Of a stretch of DNA of 64,000 nt, positions 1 to 12,150 are shown piece after piece (position 1 is the first letter of the stretch; each line of letters opens with the position of its first letter). Position numbers and translations under genes: made by a program. Origin of the DNA: the human T2T-CHM13v2.0 reference genome, Homo sapiens; NCBI RefSeq assembly GCF_009914755.1, contig NC_060945.1. One strand, given 5' to 3'. A model generated the notes under the pieces. That model was not told the DNA's origin. It saw only the letters and a program-made list of their open reading frames with translations, and ran no database searches.

Positions 1-20
1 AAGTTGACAAGGGTTGGAGT

Positions 21-472
21 TGTGGTGGAAAACTTTATGTGTAAATTTGACAGGCCTCAGGATACCCAGATTAAGAATCATTTCTTTGTGTGTCTGTGAG
101 GGTGTTTTCAGATAAGAGCAGCATTTGAATTGATGGACTCCATAAAGTAGATGGCACTCCCCAATGTGGGTGGGCACCATCTCATCTGCTGAGGGCCTCA
201 ATAGAGCAAAAGGAAGGGGAAGGAGGAATTCGGTCTCTTTTGCTTCCTGCCTGTCTGCTTTAGTGTGGATAACACATCTCATCTTTTTTGACCCTTGAAC
301 TGGGATTTATACCATCAGCTCTCCTGGTTCTCAGGATTTTGGATTCAAACTGAATCACACCATAGGCTTTCCCAGATCTCCAACCTGCTGACAGTAGATG
401 CTGGTACTTGTCAGCCTCCAGAATCACATAAGCCAGTTCTTGTATCCTGCTGGTTCTGTTTCTGTGGAGAAC
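21..472 (+). mobile_element. MLT2-family ERVL LTR
   Basis: Starts TGTGGTGG..TTTATGTGT; contains GTGTCTGTGAGGGTGTTT and CCCCAATGTGGGTGGGCACCATC; ends TGGTTCTGTTTCTGTGGAGAAC, all matching remembered MLT2 consensus. Confidence 0.85.
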
Positions 473-499
473 AGGAGTTCAGCATTAGCATTCCCAAAT

Positions 500-675
500 A
501 GAAAGGACATGGGCCTCGGAGTCAGCTAGGTCTAAATTCAAAATGTGATTCCACAGTTTACAAGCCTGTAGCCTTTTATCTGTGACCTGTGACTTGGCCT
601 ATCTGAGACTATAAAATAAGGACAATAATGTTTCCTTTGGGGGTGAGGTGAGAATTAAAGACAACGTAGGTAAAG
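500..675 (+). mobile_element. MIR SINE fragment
   Basis: GGAGTCAG..GGTCTAAATTC and TATAAAATAAGGACAATAAT..GTGAGAATTAAA resemble the MIR core. Confidence 0.6.
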
Positions 676-689
676 AAGAGTCAGTGAGC

Positions 690-945
690 AAAGGGTGAGA
701 GGCTAGTGGTGGGGAAGAGAGGACTATGGCTTGACCCTTAGGCAGCAGATAGCTCCCTGAGTTGAGGGAACGTGATCAGCTGAGAGGTCCCAGGAGCATA
801 ACCAGCTGGCTATGAGAAGAGAGATTAAAAGGGCAGATTACATCAAGAGAGACCAGTTAGGAGCCACACAACAAGCCACACCTGAGGCAGTTTGGGCCAA
901 CCAAGATGGCGGCAATGAGTGAGGTAGGAGAGGAAGGCTTGGGGA
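690..945 (-). mobile_element. L2 fragment
   Basis: Purine-rich antisense L2-like text (GAGAGACCAGTTAGGAG, GGAACGTGATCAG). Confidence 0.5.
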
Positions 946-1099
946 GACACTTCAAACTGTTACACTTCAAACTGTTTCTTTACCAATGAATGCTGAGATT
1001 ATAGTAGACCTCAGGCCTCTAGTGGATCATTTAGCAGATAACAGCTGTTCACACAGCAGAGGCAGTTCATAGTTCCTAATTGTCCTATCATCTTCCATT

Positions 1100-1900
1100 C
1101 TCTCCCAGGTTGAATCTGTTCTTCAGAAAACCTGGAATGAACTTTCCAAATCATCTTATTGTAATGCTTCCCTGTGTTCGTCTTTCTTGGGCTCCCCACT
1201 GTGGGGATTTTATCCCCACAGGATAAAATCGTACTGCTTTAGCATGGCCTAGATGAGGCCCTTCCTGACCTGGCCCTTGAGCTTCCTTACTGAAATGCTC
1301 ACTCACAAATATCCTTCACCTGAATCCTATGGCCACACAGAACTATTTGTTCTGACACTTCGATACCTTCATGCCTCTGCACATGCTTTTTCTCCTCTGC
1401 TTGGAATGTCCTACCCCGTTTTCTTCTTTGAAAACCTCTTTGTCCTCAACTAAAATCTCATCTACTGTGAGACACCTTTTCCATTGCTTTCAGAGAAATT
1501 AAAATACTTCTGTTGGGCCACATGGTACTCCCTGTGTACTTCTATTTAAGCTCCCATCACAGAGTTTTGTAAAGATTTGGGTAAAGTATTGCTTTCTCCT
1601 AGGAGTCAATGCCTACTAGGTATTCAGTAGTTAGTGCAAGTGTTGTTTCTTCATGTCCGCAAGTCTAGATTCCATCCTTTGCTATGCTCTTTCATAGACC
1701 TGAATCTTTCTCTCAAAACCTGCATGTTCATGAGAGAGATTATCCAACCAATGCTCCTTTTCCTCCTAGGCTGCAAGCATCAGGACAGCAGAGACCAAAT
1801 TCATCATTGAATCCTCAACATCTAGCACAATATGCCTGGCATAAGGTAGGAGCCCAATAAATATTCTTTAAATATATGGATGAATGAATGAATGAGCGAA
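1100..1900 (+). mobile_element. L2 3' region (fragmented)
   Basis: CAGGATAAAATC..CTTTAGCATGGC and TGCCTCTGCACATGCT; L2 terminus TGCCTGGCATAAGGTAGG..CAATAAATA..(GAAT)n. Confidence 0.7.
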
Positions 1901-1969
1901 TGGTTGAAGAGCACCTCCTTTGGATACTGTGAAGATCAACAAATCCCTTCTTCTGGAACTACTTTCTTC

Positions 1970-3000
1970 ATTAGATAGAGTTCTTCTGGTTGCAATTTTA
2001 AAAAACTCAAAAAGTTTAAGCATTAACAGAAATTTATTAGAAAGTTGCTTGGCAAATCATTTAATTCAGGGAAGAGTTGAATGAGTCAACTGGAGAAAGA
2101 CAGTAACTATGCTGTTCTAGTGATGTCAGCCTCAGGAGTTAATAGCTCTTTCCCCAGGAACTTTGCTATTAATGTGATTAGTCCTCATCTCATCATCTCT
2201 TTCTCTCATTCAAATTTCAGATTCCTAGAAGAGAGAAGTTGATTGGCCCTTTTAGGTCAGGAATTTGTTCCTATACCAGTCAGCCCTCAGGAGGCAATTT
2301 CATGCAGGATAAACCTGGCTGCCAGCAGCCCATTTCTGTGGTTCCCAGAGAAAAAGGAATCCCCATGAGCAAAAGATGTAGAGTTACCAAGTCAGGTGTG
2401 CAACTCGGTCTCTTGATTCATATCTAGGATTGTTTCTTCTTTCTGTCTCCCTATTCCTTTATATGATTTATAATGATGGTGATGGAGTCCATAGGGTTTC
2501 TAGTAGGGAGAAATGACTGTGATGGAATGAGGGGTAAGGAACAAACACAAACTGGAGTTTGGTAACATTCTGAACAGTGTGTCCTGAGCATCATCCTCTG
2601 CATTGCCTAAGGTAACACTAGCTGCCATAAAACCAAACCCAAGATGTGTTAGGGCTCAAACACCATAGAAATTTATTTCTTGCTCTCCTAAATTCCAAAT
2701 ATGTCCCTGATCTGCTGGTGCCTCTCCTCCGAGAAGTGACTCAGGGACCCAGGCTCCTTCAATGTTGTTTTTTTTCCCCATAATATACAGAATCTGCCAA
2801 GGTCACTATATTAATATGCATCAAGTCTGTGAAGGGGAAAGAGCAAAGCGGATAAGACTTAGAAGTGATGCTCAACAGTTTTGCTCATATTCCACTGGCT
2901 AGAACTTGGTCACAGGCCACATCTAGTTCCCCCAGAGACTAGGAAATGAGCTAATCTGTGAGCCCAGGAAGAAAAGGAGTGATGTTAGATGAACTGTTAG
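1970..3000 (-). mobile_element. Two old MaLR MLT1 (J-N type) LTR fragments (~1970-2390 and ~2600-3000)
   Basis: CTGGTTGCAA..AATTTATTAG; AGAAATTTATTTCTTGCTC, GTGACTCAGGGACCCAGGCTCCTTC, CCACTGGCTAGAACTTGGTCAC. Confidence 0.6.
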
Positions 3001-4121
3001 CCCATCGATGGACTCTTAGCTGGATATACCTGTAGTTGTTTCCCCCGGCAAGTGGGTGTGTGTGCTTGTACCTGTTTGTTCTGCACTGTGTTACCCGGGG
3101 GCATATCTGGATGCATAGGAAGGTTAGAGTGTGTTGAGTGCCCAGAAGGATGGATTTTCTCTGGACTTGTTCATCTACATAAGGATTTTCCTCTCTCTAG
3201 AAACTTCCCCCTAAACCATAAGATCAAAACCCTATAGGCCTTGCTGATACTACATGACCTCCCTGCCCTGGGCACAATTGCTTGGCACAGGGTTAGATGC
3301 CTGAATGATCAGTCAGATTCTCATCTGGAAATCTGAAATTCAATCAGGGAGTCAGATCATGGAGGTGGGCTGTGGAGTCATCTACATAGCAGCTGCATGG
3401 ATGAAGAAAGCCCTGGAAGAACTGTGGCTCCAGTCTTCCCAAGGCCAATTGCTCATGGCTTCCTTGGCTGGGGGTAACTGTAGTATCAAATTATTTTATG
3501 TGTAAGTTACTCACATTGGTATTGGTGGCTATTTCTTGCAGCCAAAATAATTTTAGTTAATAAAGAAAAATGTCATGTTTATTTGACGTTGAGCAAATCA
3601 CTCTAACAGCCACAGTTTTCTCATATATAAAATGAGAATAGTTTCATCTGCTCTGCCTACCTCTTGGGACTATTGTAACAGTTTAATGGAACAAAGTACA
3701 TAAAGTGCTTCAGAAACAGTGAAAATCCATACACACATTAAGTGGGGCTATTTGTCTACAGCAAGAAGAGTTTTAAGAGCGTTCTCCAAGTATGAAATAG
3801 TTTTTCTTTCTTTCTTTTTAAACTTTAATAACTTTGTGGTCAATCCCTCTCAAGTTCAGGAAGTCTCCATAGTTGGAGGCTTACTTTTCTTTTCTTTTGC
3901 TAGATATTTAATACTTTGATTACTTCTGACACTGAAATTACCCATTATGGTGTTGTCCTTTGCCAAACCAAGCCTGATTTTTGTATTATTATTGCTGTTT
4001 GGGGCCATTTTCAGCAGCTCTGCTTGACAGTCTGAATAGAGCAATTGTTCTCAACCACATCATACCCAGTGTCCTCTTTGTATAACACATTTCACACCTC
4101 CTTACTTTTCTGGAATGAAAT

Positions 4122-4880
4122 TGTATTAGTTGCTTGGGCAGCCATAACAAAGTATCACAGACTGGGTGGCTTAAACCAGGGGTCCCCAGCCCCTGGGCCA
4201 TGGACTGGTACCAGTGCGTGGCCTATTAGGAACTGGGCCATACAGCAGGCGGTAGGTGGTGGGCAAGCAAGCATTACCACCTGAGCTCTGTCCCCTGTCC
4301 AGTCAGCAGTGGCATTATATTCTCATAGGAGCGAAAACCCTATTGTGAACTGTACATGTGAGGGATCTAGGTTGCACGCTAATGAGATTTTAACTAATGC
4401 CTGATGATCTGAGGTGGAACAGTTTCATCCCCAAACCATCCCCTGCCCAACCCCATCCCACGGAAAAATTATCTTCCATGAAACTGGTCCCTGGTGCCAA
4501 AATGGTTGGGGACTGCTGGCTTAAACAACAGAAATGTATTGTCTCAAAGTTCTGGGGGCTGTAAGTCTTGTCATAAATGTCATCAAGGTTGTTTTCTTCT
4601 GAGGCTGTGAGAGTCTATTCCAGGCCTTTCTCCTTGGCTTGTAGATGACTGTTTTCTCCCTGTGTCTTTTTATAGCATCCTCCTTCTATGTGTGTTTCTA
4701 TGTCCAAATTTCCCTTTTTAATATGGACACCCTTCGTCTTGCATTAAGGCCTATCCTAAAGACCTCATTTTGATTTGATTGTCTCGGTAAAGACCCAATG
4801 TCCAAATAAATATGTTCTGAGGTCCTGGGGGTTAGAACTTCAGCATATCTTTTTTGGGAGACACAACTCAACCCAGAACA
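4122..4880 (-). mobile_element. MLT1A/B-type MaLR LTR interrupted by MER1B
   Basis: TGTATTAG..GCCATAACAAAGTATCACAGACTGGGTGGCTTAAAC..AACAGAAAT; ends GACACAACTCAACCCAGAACA. Confidence 0.85.
4177..4518. mobile_element. MER1B (hAT-Charlie non-autonomous DNA transposon)
   Basis: TIRs CAGGGGTCCCCA / TGGGGACTGCTG; perfect 8-bp TSD GCTTAAAC at 4169-4176 and 4519-4526; ~340 bp. Confidence 0.92.
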
Positions 4881-5369
4881 GAATTATAATTCTGTTGTAA
4901 TTAATCATAGAGAGGTTATAACTAATCATATAACCTCTCTACACATATTATTTTTAAAAGGTTGACATAATGCTCTGACTTAAAAATAAATAGAAAGTTA
5001 TTTATAATAAAACAGTATGTGTTTCCATAGGTAAATGCTCAGGCAGGAATAAAGTAGAAAATATGATGCCCAACTTGATACCTGGGCCACTATGCCACCT
5101 CCCTGAGAAAGAAACAGATAGAAATGCAGCCTGCTCAAGTGAGCTATGTTGGCCACTCAAACACTGTACAAGGGGAACTGCTGTCAGTAACATGGTGTCC
5201 CAAATAGTGATTGACTCTTGGCAAACAAAATACAACCCTCCCTCTGTTGACATGGTAGTCGCATTCCTGGAAAATTCAGCATATTTAAAAACCTTCCAAG
5301 GAATGCTTTGTGTTTGTATGTAAAACAGAACAGAGATTTTACCTACATGAAGCCCTGGTGAAACGCTTG

Positions 5370-5542
5370 AACATCAGGCATTATGTGGATGACTCTTCTC
5401 TGCAGGGAATTGTCCCAGGCATTGCAAGATGTCGAGCCTTCTTTGCCCCCACCAAATAAATATCAGTAGGACATCCCCCAGTCACTATGACAAATGAAGC
5501 ACACAAATTGCTAAAATGGTTCTGATCCATTGAGAACCCTTA
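5370..5542. mobile_element. MER20/MER3-like hAT MITE fragment
   Basis: TGTCCCAGGCATTGCAAGATGT, CCCCCAGTCACTATGACAA, TTGAGAACC end. Confidence 0.55.
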
Positions 5543-8309
5543 GAGGAGAGAGGGCTTCAAATCGTCCAAGGGAGCAACTGCAAAGAAAAGACAGGTGTGA
5601 GAGCCAATGGGGTGTGCCATGCTGAAAGTAACGTGTCTGCTTTCCAATCAAATACTTGGAACCTCCAGGGTCAGGAAGGACAGCATAGGACACAGCGACT
5701 CGAGTCCTGTCTGCCATGTCATATGCCTGTGTGGGACTTGGAGGTCTCAACTCTCTTCTCTCATGAGTCAGATGTGATAAGCCCAGCAAAAGACAATTAC
5801 TGATTTCAGAGCGTATAGTCTAGTGATGAAGAAAGACCTAAGCAGGTATATTACAATACAATGTGTGTTAAGTATTGGGTACTGTGGGAGTTTGTAAAAA
5901 GGGACACTGTACCCGGGCTGGGATGTGGGGTATGATAAGGGAATTCTGGTCAAATATCAGAGGGTGACAGAAAGAGTACCCCAGGGAGCAATGTACTTCT
6001 GTGGTGTTGCTTTCATTCTCAGTGGGGACAGAAGATGATGACGTGGACAGGGGACCCTAGTTTCACAGATAGGAAGCAGGATGTGGGGTAGGGAGCTGGG
6101 GTGTCCCCTTGGACCCCATTCTCAATCCTGGTGCCACCTGAACTTCAATCAATACCTGGAACTCCCAAAGTCTCCGTGCCCAAGTCACATCCCATTCTTC
6201 TTCCGGTTTTGTCACCTTTCTTAACTCTGTCTTCTGAATGTAAACTCTACCCTAGCAGCAGAGAACAAATATTCAAGGGTGGCATATCCTGGGGGTTCAG
6301 GTCTGGCTTGAGCTTTGGAGAAGCCGATCCTCTTGGGAGTCACAGTAGGCTCCTGATTCCGTAGACAGCCCCTAGATGCATCTTCCCGGGGCTTGCACCT
6401 ATAGAGATATGGGTACAACATGCTGTACCATCTGGCATCTCCTCCATGATGGCAGAAGGAACTGCCCTCTCTTAGTCCACCCCCACCTCCCATCTGTCCT
6501 CTCCTCAGTTGCACATGTTCCCAGCTGTGTTCACCATCAGGGAGGTTTTCATCCATGTCCAACCTCCTAACAAGGAACTCTGGATTCCAGCTAGAAGATG
6601 GGGACAGAGAAATGTTTAAAGGCACTCCTAATGTCAACAAGAAGAATCAAATTAAACAAAAAAGCTTCTGAGTGGGGTCCAGGGCCTCAAGAACACATCT
6701 TTATACTAGGACTTGGACAAAGACTTTGATGAAGGGAACAAATGGGGAAAATGCAGTCCCTGCTTGTCCTCTGTAAAGCTGAAGGCGGTATAAACACTTC
6801 CAGACATTATTTCTAGCCAGGGAAAGATGCTGACCAGTTGCCCAAAGCCAAAGACTGCCAGGAGTAATAAGAAAACTCTTTAAGCATGATTTTCCCATCT
6901 GTTTAATTTCTTATGCTGAAAAAGAAGAAAAAAATATAAATAAATGATTCAGAGAAATGTCACATGCAATTACCTCCACCAGGGAAAAACAAACAAGGCT
7001 TCACTTCATTAGGAAGGTTCTCATGTGACCTGTGTCTTCTGGTGGGGTGACTGTTCCTCCCGGTTGGAGGTCTTCAACCTAGGAGCTTCCAAGTTGAGTT
7101 GCTCAAGTTCAACTTTGGCTGAAACTTAGCTCTGGCAGCCAGGCAGGACCGTCTCTAAGGGTATCTATCCCACAGGCACCTCCCTCTCTCCTCAATCACA
7201 TTGTCCAAAGATGAAATCAAGTGAAAGGATGCATTGGAGCAGTCTAGAGTATGAGAAGTCAGTGATGGGCCTATTGGTGTTGGCTCAGGTGTGCTGGTGC
7301 AGGGAGGCAGGGGCTTGCCCTATGGGTGTGCTCACCAGCCCACCATCTTTTTTTATTTTAATTTTAATTTTAATTTTTTTAAGCACCAATTGTGCAAACT
7401 AGACTTTAGTCCCTTAGTAGCTTCCCTGGGATCACTAAGATCAAATTACAGCATGGTCTCAGTCGGCAAACACTCTAATGGGCCATGCCCTTGGGGTTGA
7501 TTCTGCCCATCAACATCAGAGCAAAGAAAGCCAATTTGGACCTTTAACTTAAATCTAGTCTTTCGAGGACAGTGAGTGTTTGCCATCCTTGTAAGCCACA
7601 AGCAGTTGATCATTCAACAACTCCCATTAAAAACAGTGTCCTTTAAAAATTCTCTCTGCAGAGCACAGAGCCCAGGGTCTTATAGGCACGGGTCTTCGGT
7701 GAACATTGAAGATGGTGAGTGTTAAGTGGTGGTTGCTTCCTGTGCTAAGACCTCTGCCCCCATGTCTACTGCAAGCAGATGACCACACCACTAGTTTTTC
7801 AGAAAAAGCCAAGGTCAGGTTCCACTAGCTACTTCAACTTTTCTGTTTCATATATCATAGTTTTTCTAGATCTTTCCTTCCCTTTTTCTTTTCTTTCTCT
7901 TTTATCTCAGAAGAAGGAAAGAGGAGTATGTGTCTTCATCTCCCTTCAGACAAGACCCTAACCTATGTGTTGGTCTCATCTGCTCCTTTCTCATTTGGAA
8001 TCTTTCTCCAATAATTCGTTTCACTTATTCAAATTCTCCCCTCTACTGCCTTCTTCTACTTTGTCTGCAAATGCCTCTAGCTTTCCCTTCATACCTCAAA
8101 CTTGGCTTGTCTAAAAATGCAGTTATGTTTTACCTAACAAAACCAGTCCATCTTTCCAGTGGGAGAAGGTTCTAAGCAACTGAGACCAAACTTTGGAGTT
8201 ATTTTTGATTCATCTGCCTTCTCTGCATGTCTCTGCATTCAGCCCTCTTTTCCATGACCACTGACAAATTTAGCTCAGGTCCCCATTATCTCACATTGGG
8301 AATACCAAT

Positions 8310-8550
8310 GATAATGACAATTGTTTATGAAGTGTTTACTCTTGGCTGGGCACTGTGCTGCATACTTTAGATGCATTATCTCACCGTTCATATTAATCTT
8401 AGGGAGTACCTTCTATTATTATCCACCTTTTGCACATGGGGAGACTGAGGCTTAGTAAAGTAGCTTATCCAAGGTCTGTATAGTTGACAAATGGAAGAGC
8501 TAGGATTCACAAGCAGGTCAGCCGACCCACAGCTTGAGCTTTTAACTGTT
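8310..8550 (-). mobile_element. MIR SINE
   Basis: GGCACTGTGCTG..ACTTTAGATGCATTATCTCA..GAGACTGAGGCTTAG..CCAAGGTC..GCTAGGATTCA. Confidence 0.8.
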
Positions 8551-8589
8551 AACACCAGGCTGACCACTGTGGTTGCTTCCAAATCAATC

Positions 8590-9070
8590 TCATAAACACA
8601 CAGGTCTTCTGTGCTTCCTCTAGTCTACCTTCTTTTCTCTCTCTAATGTACCGTTGGGACTACATCTTCCCCAGCTCAAAATGTCTTGTTGGCTCTTCAC
8701 TGCCTGCAGGGTCAATTGCAAACACCTTAGCTTGGGCATTCAAGGTTCCAGTTCAAAGAGGATATTCATACCTATCTTTTCTGAGAAAATCCCTTCTTAA
8801 CTCTGTCTACTGAAATCTTCTGTTTCCTCCAAAGGCCATCGCAAAGGCCTCCATGAAACATTTTCTTACCACAGTAGCTAGAACAATTGTTCTCTTTGCT
8901 TAAACTGCCATTGTGCTTAATTTGGGCCACTCACATGGTGCTTGTGCTCTGGACTGATTCATAATATGATTATTTGCATATATGTGTTAGTTATATTCTT
9001 GAGGTCAAGATTATTTCTGTTTGTTTTTGCAGCCCTCATAACATCTATCAAAACATCTTAAACTAAGAAG
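8590..9070 (+). mobile_element. L2 fragments
   Basis: GCTCAAAA..GGCTCTTCACTGCCTGCAGGGTCAA..CCTTAGCTTGGGCATTCAAGG. Confidence 0.55.
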
Positions 9071-9084
9071 TGTATTAATTAAAT

Positions 9085-9470
9085 TAACTCTGGCTTCGGT
9101 AACAGATAGACTCTCAATATATTAGTGACTTAACATAATGCAAGTTTATTTCTCACTCATGTAAAGTTCAACTGATGATGGAGGGGTGGGAGTAGTGCTC
9201 TGCTCCACAGAGTCATTCAGGGGCCCAAACAGATGGAGACTCTGTTCTCTTCAAAATATGGCTTCCAACTTTGCTTTAGACATTGACAGCAGATGTAGTA
9301 ATACAGAGAATGGGGAGGAAAATGGCATGGGAGGTTTCATGGCCTGTGTCTAGAAGGAGCACATTCCATTGGCTGGAATTCAGTCTCATGGCCACATAAG
9401 GCATAAGAAAGACTAGGAAATGTAGTTCCTGAGTGTTAGGAAGGAGAAGAGATAGATTTGGGTTTTAGCT
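9085..9470 (-). mobile_element. MLT1J/K-type LTR
   Basis: GTGACTTAACATAATGCAAGTTTATTTCTCACTCA, GTCATTCAGGGGCCCA, CACATTCCATTGGCTGGAATTCAGTC, GACTAGGAAATGTAGT. Confidence 0.7.
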
Positions 9471-9949
9471 AACAAGTCCATATTTGTGGAATAAATAATT
9501 CATATATTGCTATTTATTTATCAGGGAGAGAGCTGAGTTAGGAATGGTGGTCTCTGGAGAAGGGTAGACACATCTCATGTGCTCAAGATGATCCATTGCT
9601 ATGAAGAAAGGTGTATTAAAAGATCTTTTTTAAAAATCTAAAACAATAAGAAAGAACTTCAGTGTGGCTGACATTCAGTATATGGAATGACACTGCTGCT
9701 TACATTTGATCCTCATGTCACTGGTCTCATGTCTCATCCAACACATGAGTTACCTTGAGAGGAGAATGTGCCCCTGTGTGCAGGAGATGACAGCAGCCCC
9801 TGTAACCATTCACTTGCATTCAGAGCCTTTTGACAAATTGCAAAATCTGTGAGCTTGGGTAAGTGGGTTCATCTTGTTTTTAACAAAACCAACCTCCATG
9901 AAGTGGATAAATAGCTTTCAATAAACCTATAGAGAAACTGCTTGCTGCA

Positions 9950-12150
9950 GATAATACTGATGCATGCTCTTTTTTGGCCACATTATGAGGCAGAACAATA
10001 TGAATAGAATCTGTTCTGGCAAAAAGTCACATACACACAAGAATTAAAATGACCAAAAAAAAAAAAAAAAACCCAAACCTGCTTGAAATATGAATTTACA
10101 TTCTCTACCATTAACAATGAAACTCAAGTTAAATATGTATTGCAACTTGTGCTATCAATTAAAGCTGGTGTGAAGTGAACACTATTTGTAAAACATTGAA
10201 AAATGTGTTATCTAGAATATGAAAGTAAATTTTTATAATTTGAATGTTTAGAGCCATTCATTAATCATTTTCAATCCAGCACTTTGCCACAATCACAATA
10301 AATTTGATGATCACTGTTTGAAGCCTGTATTGAAAAAGATTTCTTATTTAATAGTAAAATGTGAAAAGCTATATGCTATGAAGGAAATGCTTGGTTTTTT
10401 TTTTCTTTTTTTTTTTTTTCTTTTTAGAAGGAGGCTTGCTCTGTTGCCCAGGCTGGAGTGCATTGGTGCCGTCTTGGCTTACCACAACCTCCGCCTCCTG
10501 GGTTCAAGCGATTCTCCCTCCTCAGCCTCTTGAGTAGCTGGGATTACAGGCACACGCCACCCCACCCAGCTAATTTTTGTATTTTTAGTAGGGATGGGTT
10601 TTCACCATGTTGGTTGGCCAGGCTGGTCTTGAAATCCTGACCTCAGGTGATCTGCCTGCCTCGGCCTCCCAAAGTGCTGTGATTACAGGCGTGAGCCACC
10701 TCGCCCAGCCAACACTTGTTATTTCTGTTGTAGTGGCAACAGCTGCAAACTAATGTGTAGAACGCAAACTGATGAGTAAACTAAGATGTATTCTTGAGTC
10801 AGCAAATGCAGCTGGAAGATGCCTTGAAAACATCACTAAAGAATTGAAGAAATAAATACTGGGAGAAATGAGACAGTGTGGGAGGTTTACTCCATAGTTG
10901 GATTGATGTGCTGATGTTTCTAACATGTGGAAGGTGTTAGGAACATCTTATGGAATTTGCTAATTTCACTCAGTAATGGAACACATCCGGGACTACTTTC
11001 CTCGTGAACCTCTAAAAGAAAGATGGACTGGAGAAGATAGGTTTAATGCAAAGTGACTTCTGTAACAAGAACAGTGGTCTATGAGAGAACAGTATCAGGG
11101 CAACCCTAGATGTGGCAGCCAATTTGACCAGAGTATAAAAGGAATCCCAGTATAATCCTACAGAGACAGGTCCAAAGTGACTTTCATTTCCTATTCCTTT
11201 CACAGGCAAGCTATCATTACTAAGATGTTGTCCCCAGAGGGTACAAAGTTTTAGAGGACGGCAGTGAAGAGGCTAACTTTCAAAACAAAATGAACCAATG
11301 AAATAAACACAAAAAACGTTAACATATGCAATACAATTTGGAGTATTCTGTAACAGAAGGGGAAGAAGTATTAGTGAAGACATTTTGTATCACACAGAAC
11401 TTTGCTAGTTATCTGTTGTAAAATACTTGAAAGGGTTGCCCAACTTAGAGATGAGGTATCTAGTTTATTTTACTGTGACTAGCATTGCACATTCACAGAT
11501 GCTGTCTGTGGCACGTGGCTGTCACTGAGGTGGCAGGTATTTTTGCAGTAATAAATAGACATGATCTACAAAGCTAAAGGGGATATTTTAACTTTGAGTA
11601 AGAACATTACTGATTTTCAAGAGTAAATCACCCTATGGAGAAAGCATTTTGGAAACAAAATGCTTAGAAATATCTCTACTACTTTGCTGTATTGTTGAAA
11701 ATGACGTGTTACTATAAAAATTCATCATCTGTGTATTTTTCAAATGGGAAACAATTTTTAGTCTGCTCAAAAAGCTTCCGGAGGAAGAATTTTAGTGTTT
11801 TTAATGTATTTGTTAAAAATATTAAAATGTCACTGTCCTCTGACTAGATTGCAAGAAAATTTTACTGAATCAGGGAAAAAGAAAATGACTAGTCCAATTT
11901 CAAGAAAACCTTTATGGTGGTTAGTATAAAGAATTGGATAATGAGCATTCTGACCCAGTAAGTACGTACAGATATGTGCATGAATCTCTTGTATTTGGAC
12001 AGTAACTTTTTTAGTCAGGATATCCAGTAAAACCATGTCTCTAAAACCAGCATTTTGTTGTTTCACAAATAATAAAACTAAGACCTGCAAAAATAATGAA
12101 GTATATTCAATCATCTTGCTCTCATTAAAGATTTTTTAAAAGTCTCCTTT
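9950..12150 (+). mobile_element. Decayed hAT-Charlie/Buster-type DNA transposon with fossil transposase
   Basis: Hand translation gives ordered Buster/ZBED5-family motifs: [21 protein letters not shown] (cf. FALQLDESTD), TLDVAAN (TDGAA), FHRQA (CxxHRQA), LYHTELC*LS (LLHTEVRWLS), KILERV, VAGIF..INR (LADIF..LN), FQE*ITLW; many stops and frameshifts; ends approximate. Confidence 0.85.
10395..10710 (-). mobile_element. AluS inserted in the Charlie transposase
   Basis: Poly-T followed by full antisense Alu ending GTGAGCCACCTCGCCCAGCC. Confidence 0.95.

Noticed and set aside
9784-9858. Possible 75-nt exon (CAG|..TGG|GTAAGT)
   Set aside because: Weak polypyrimidine tract and no supporting neighbouring exons
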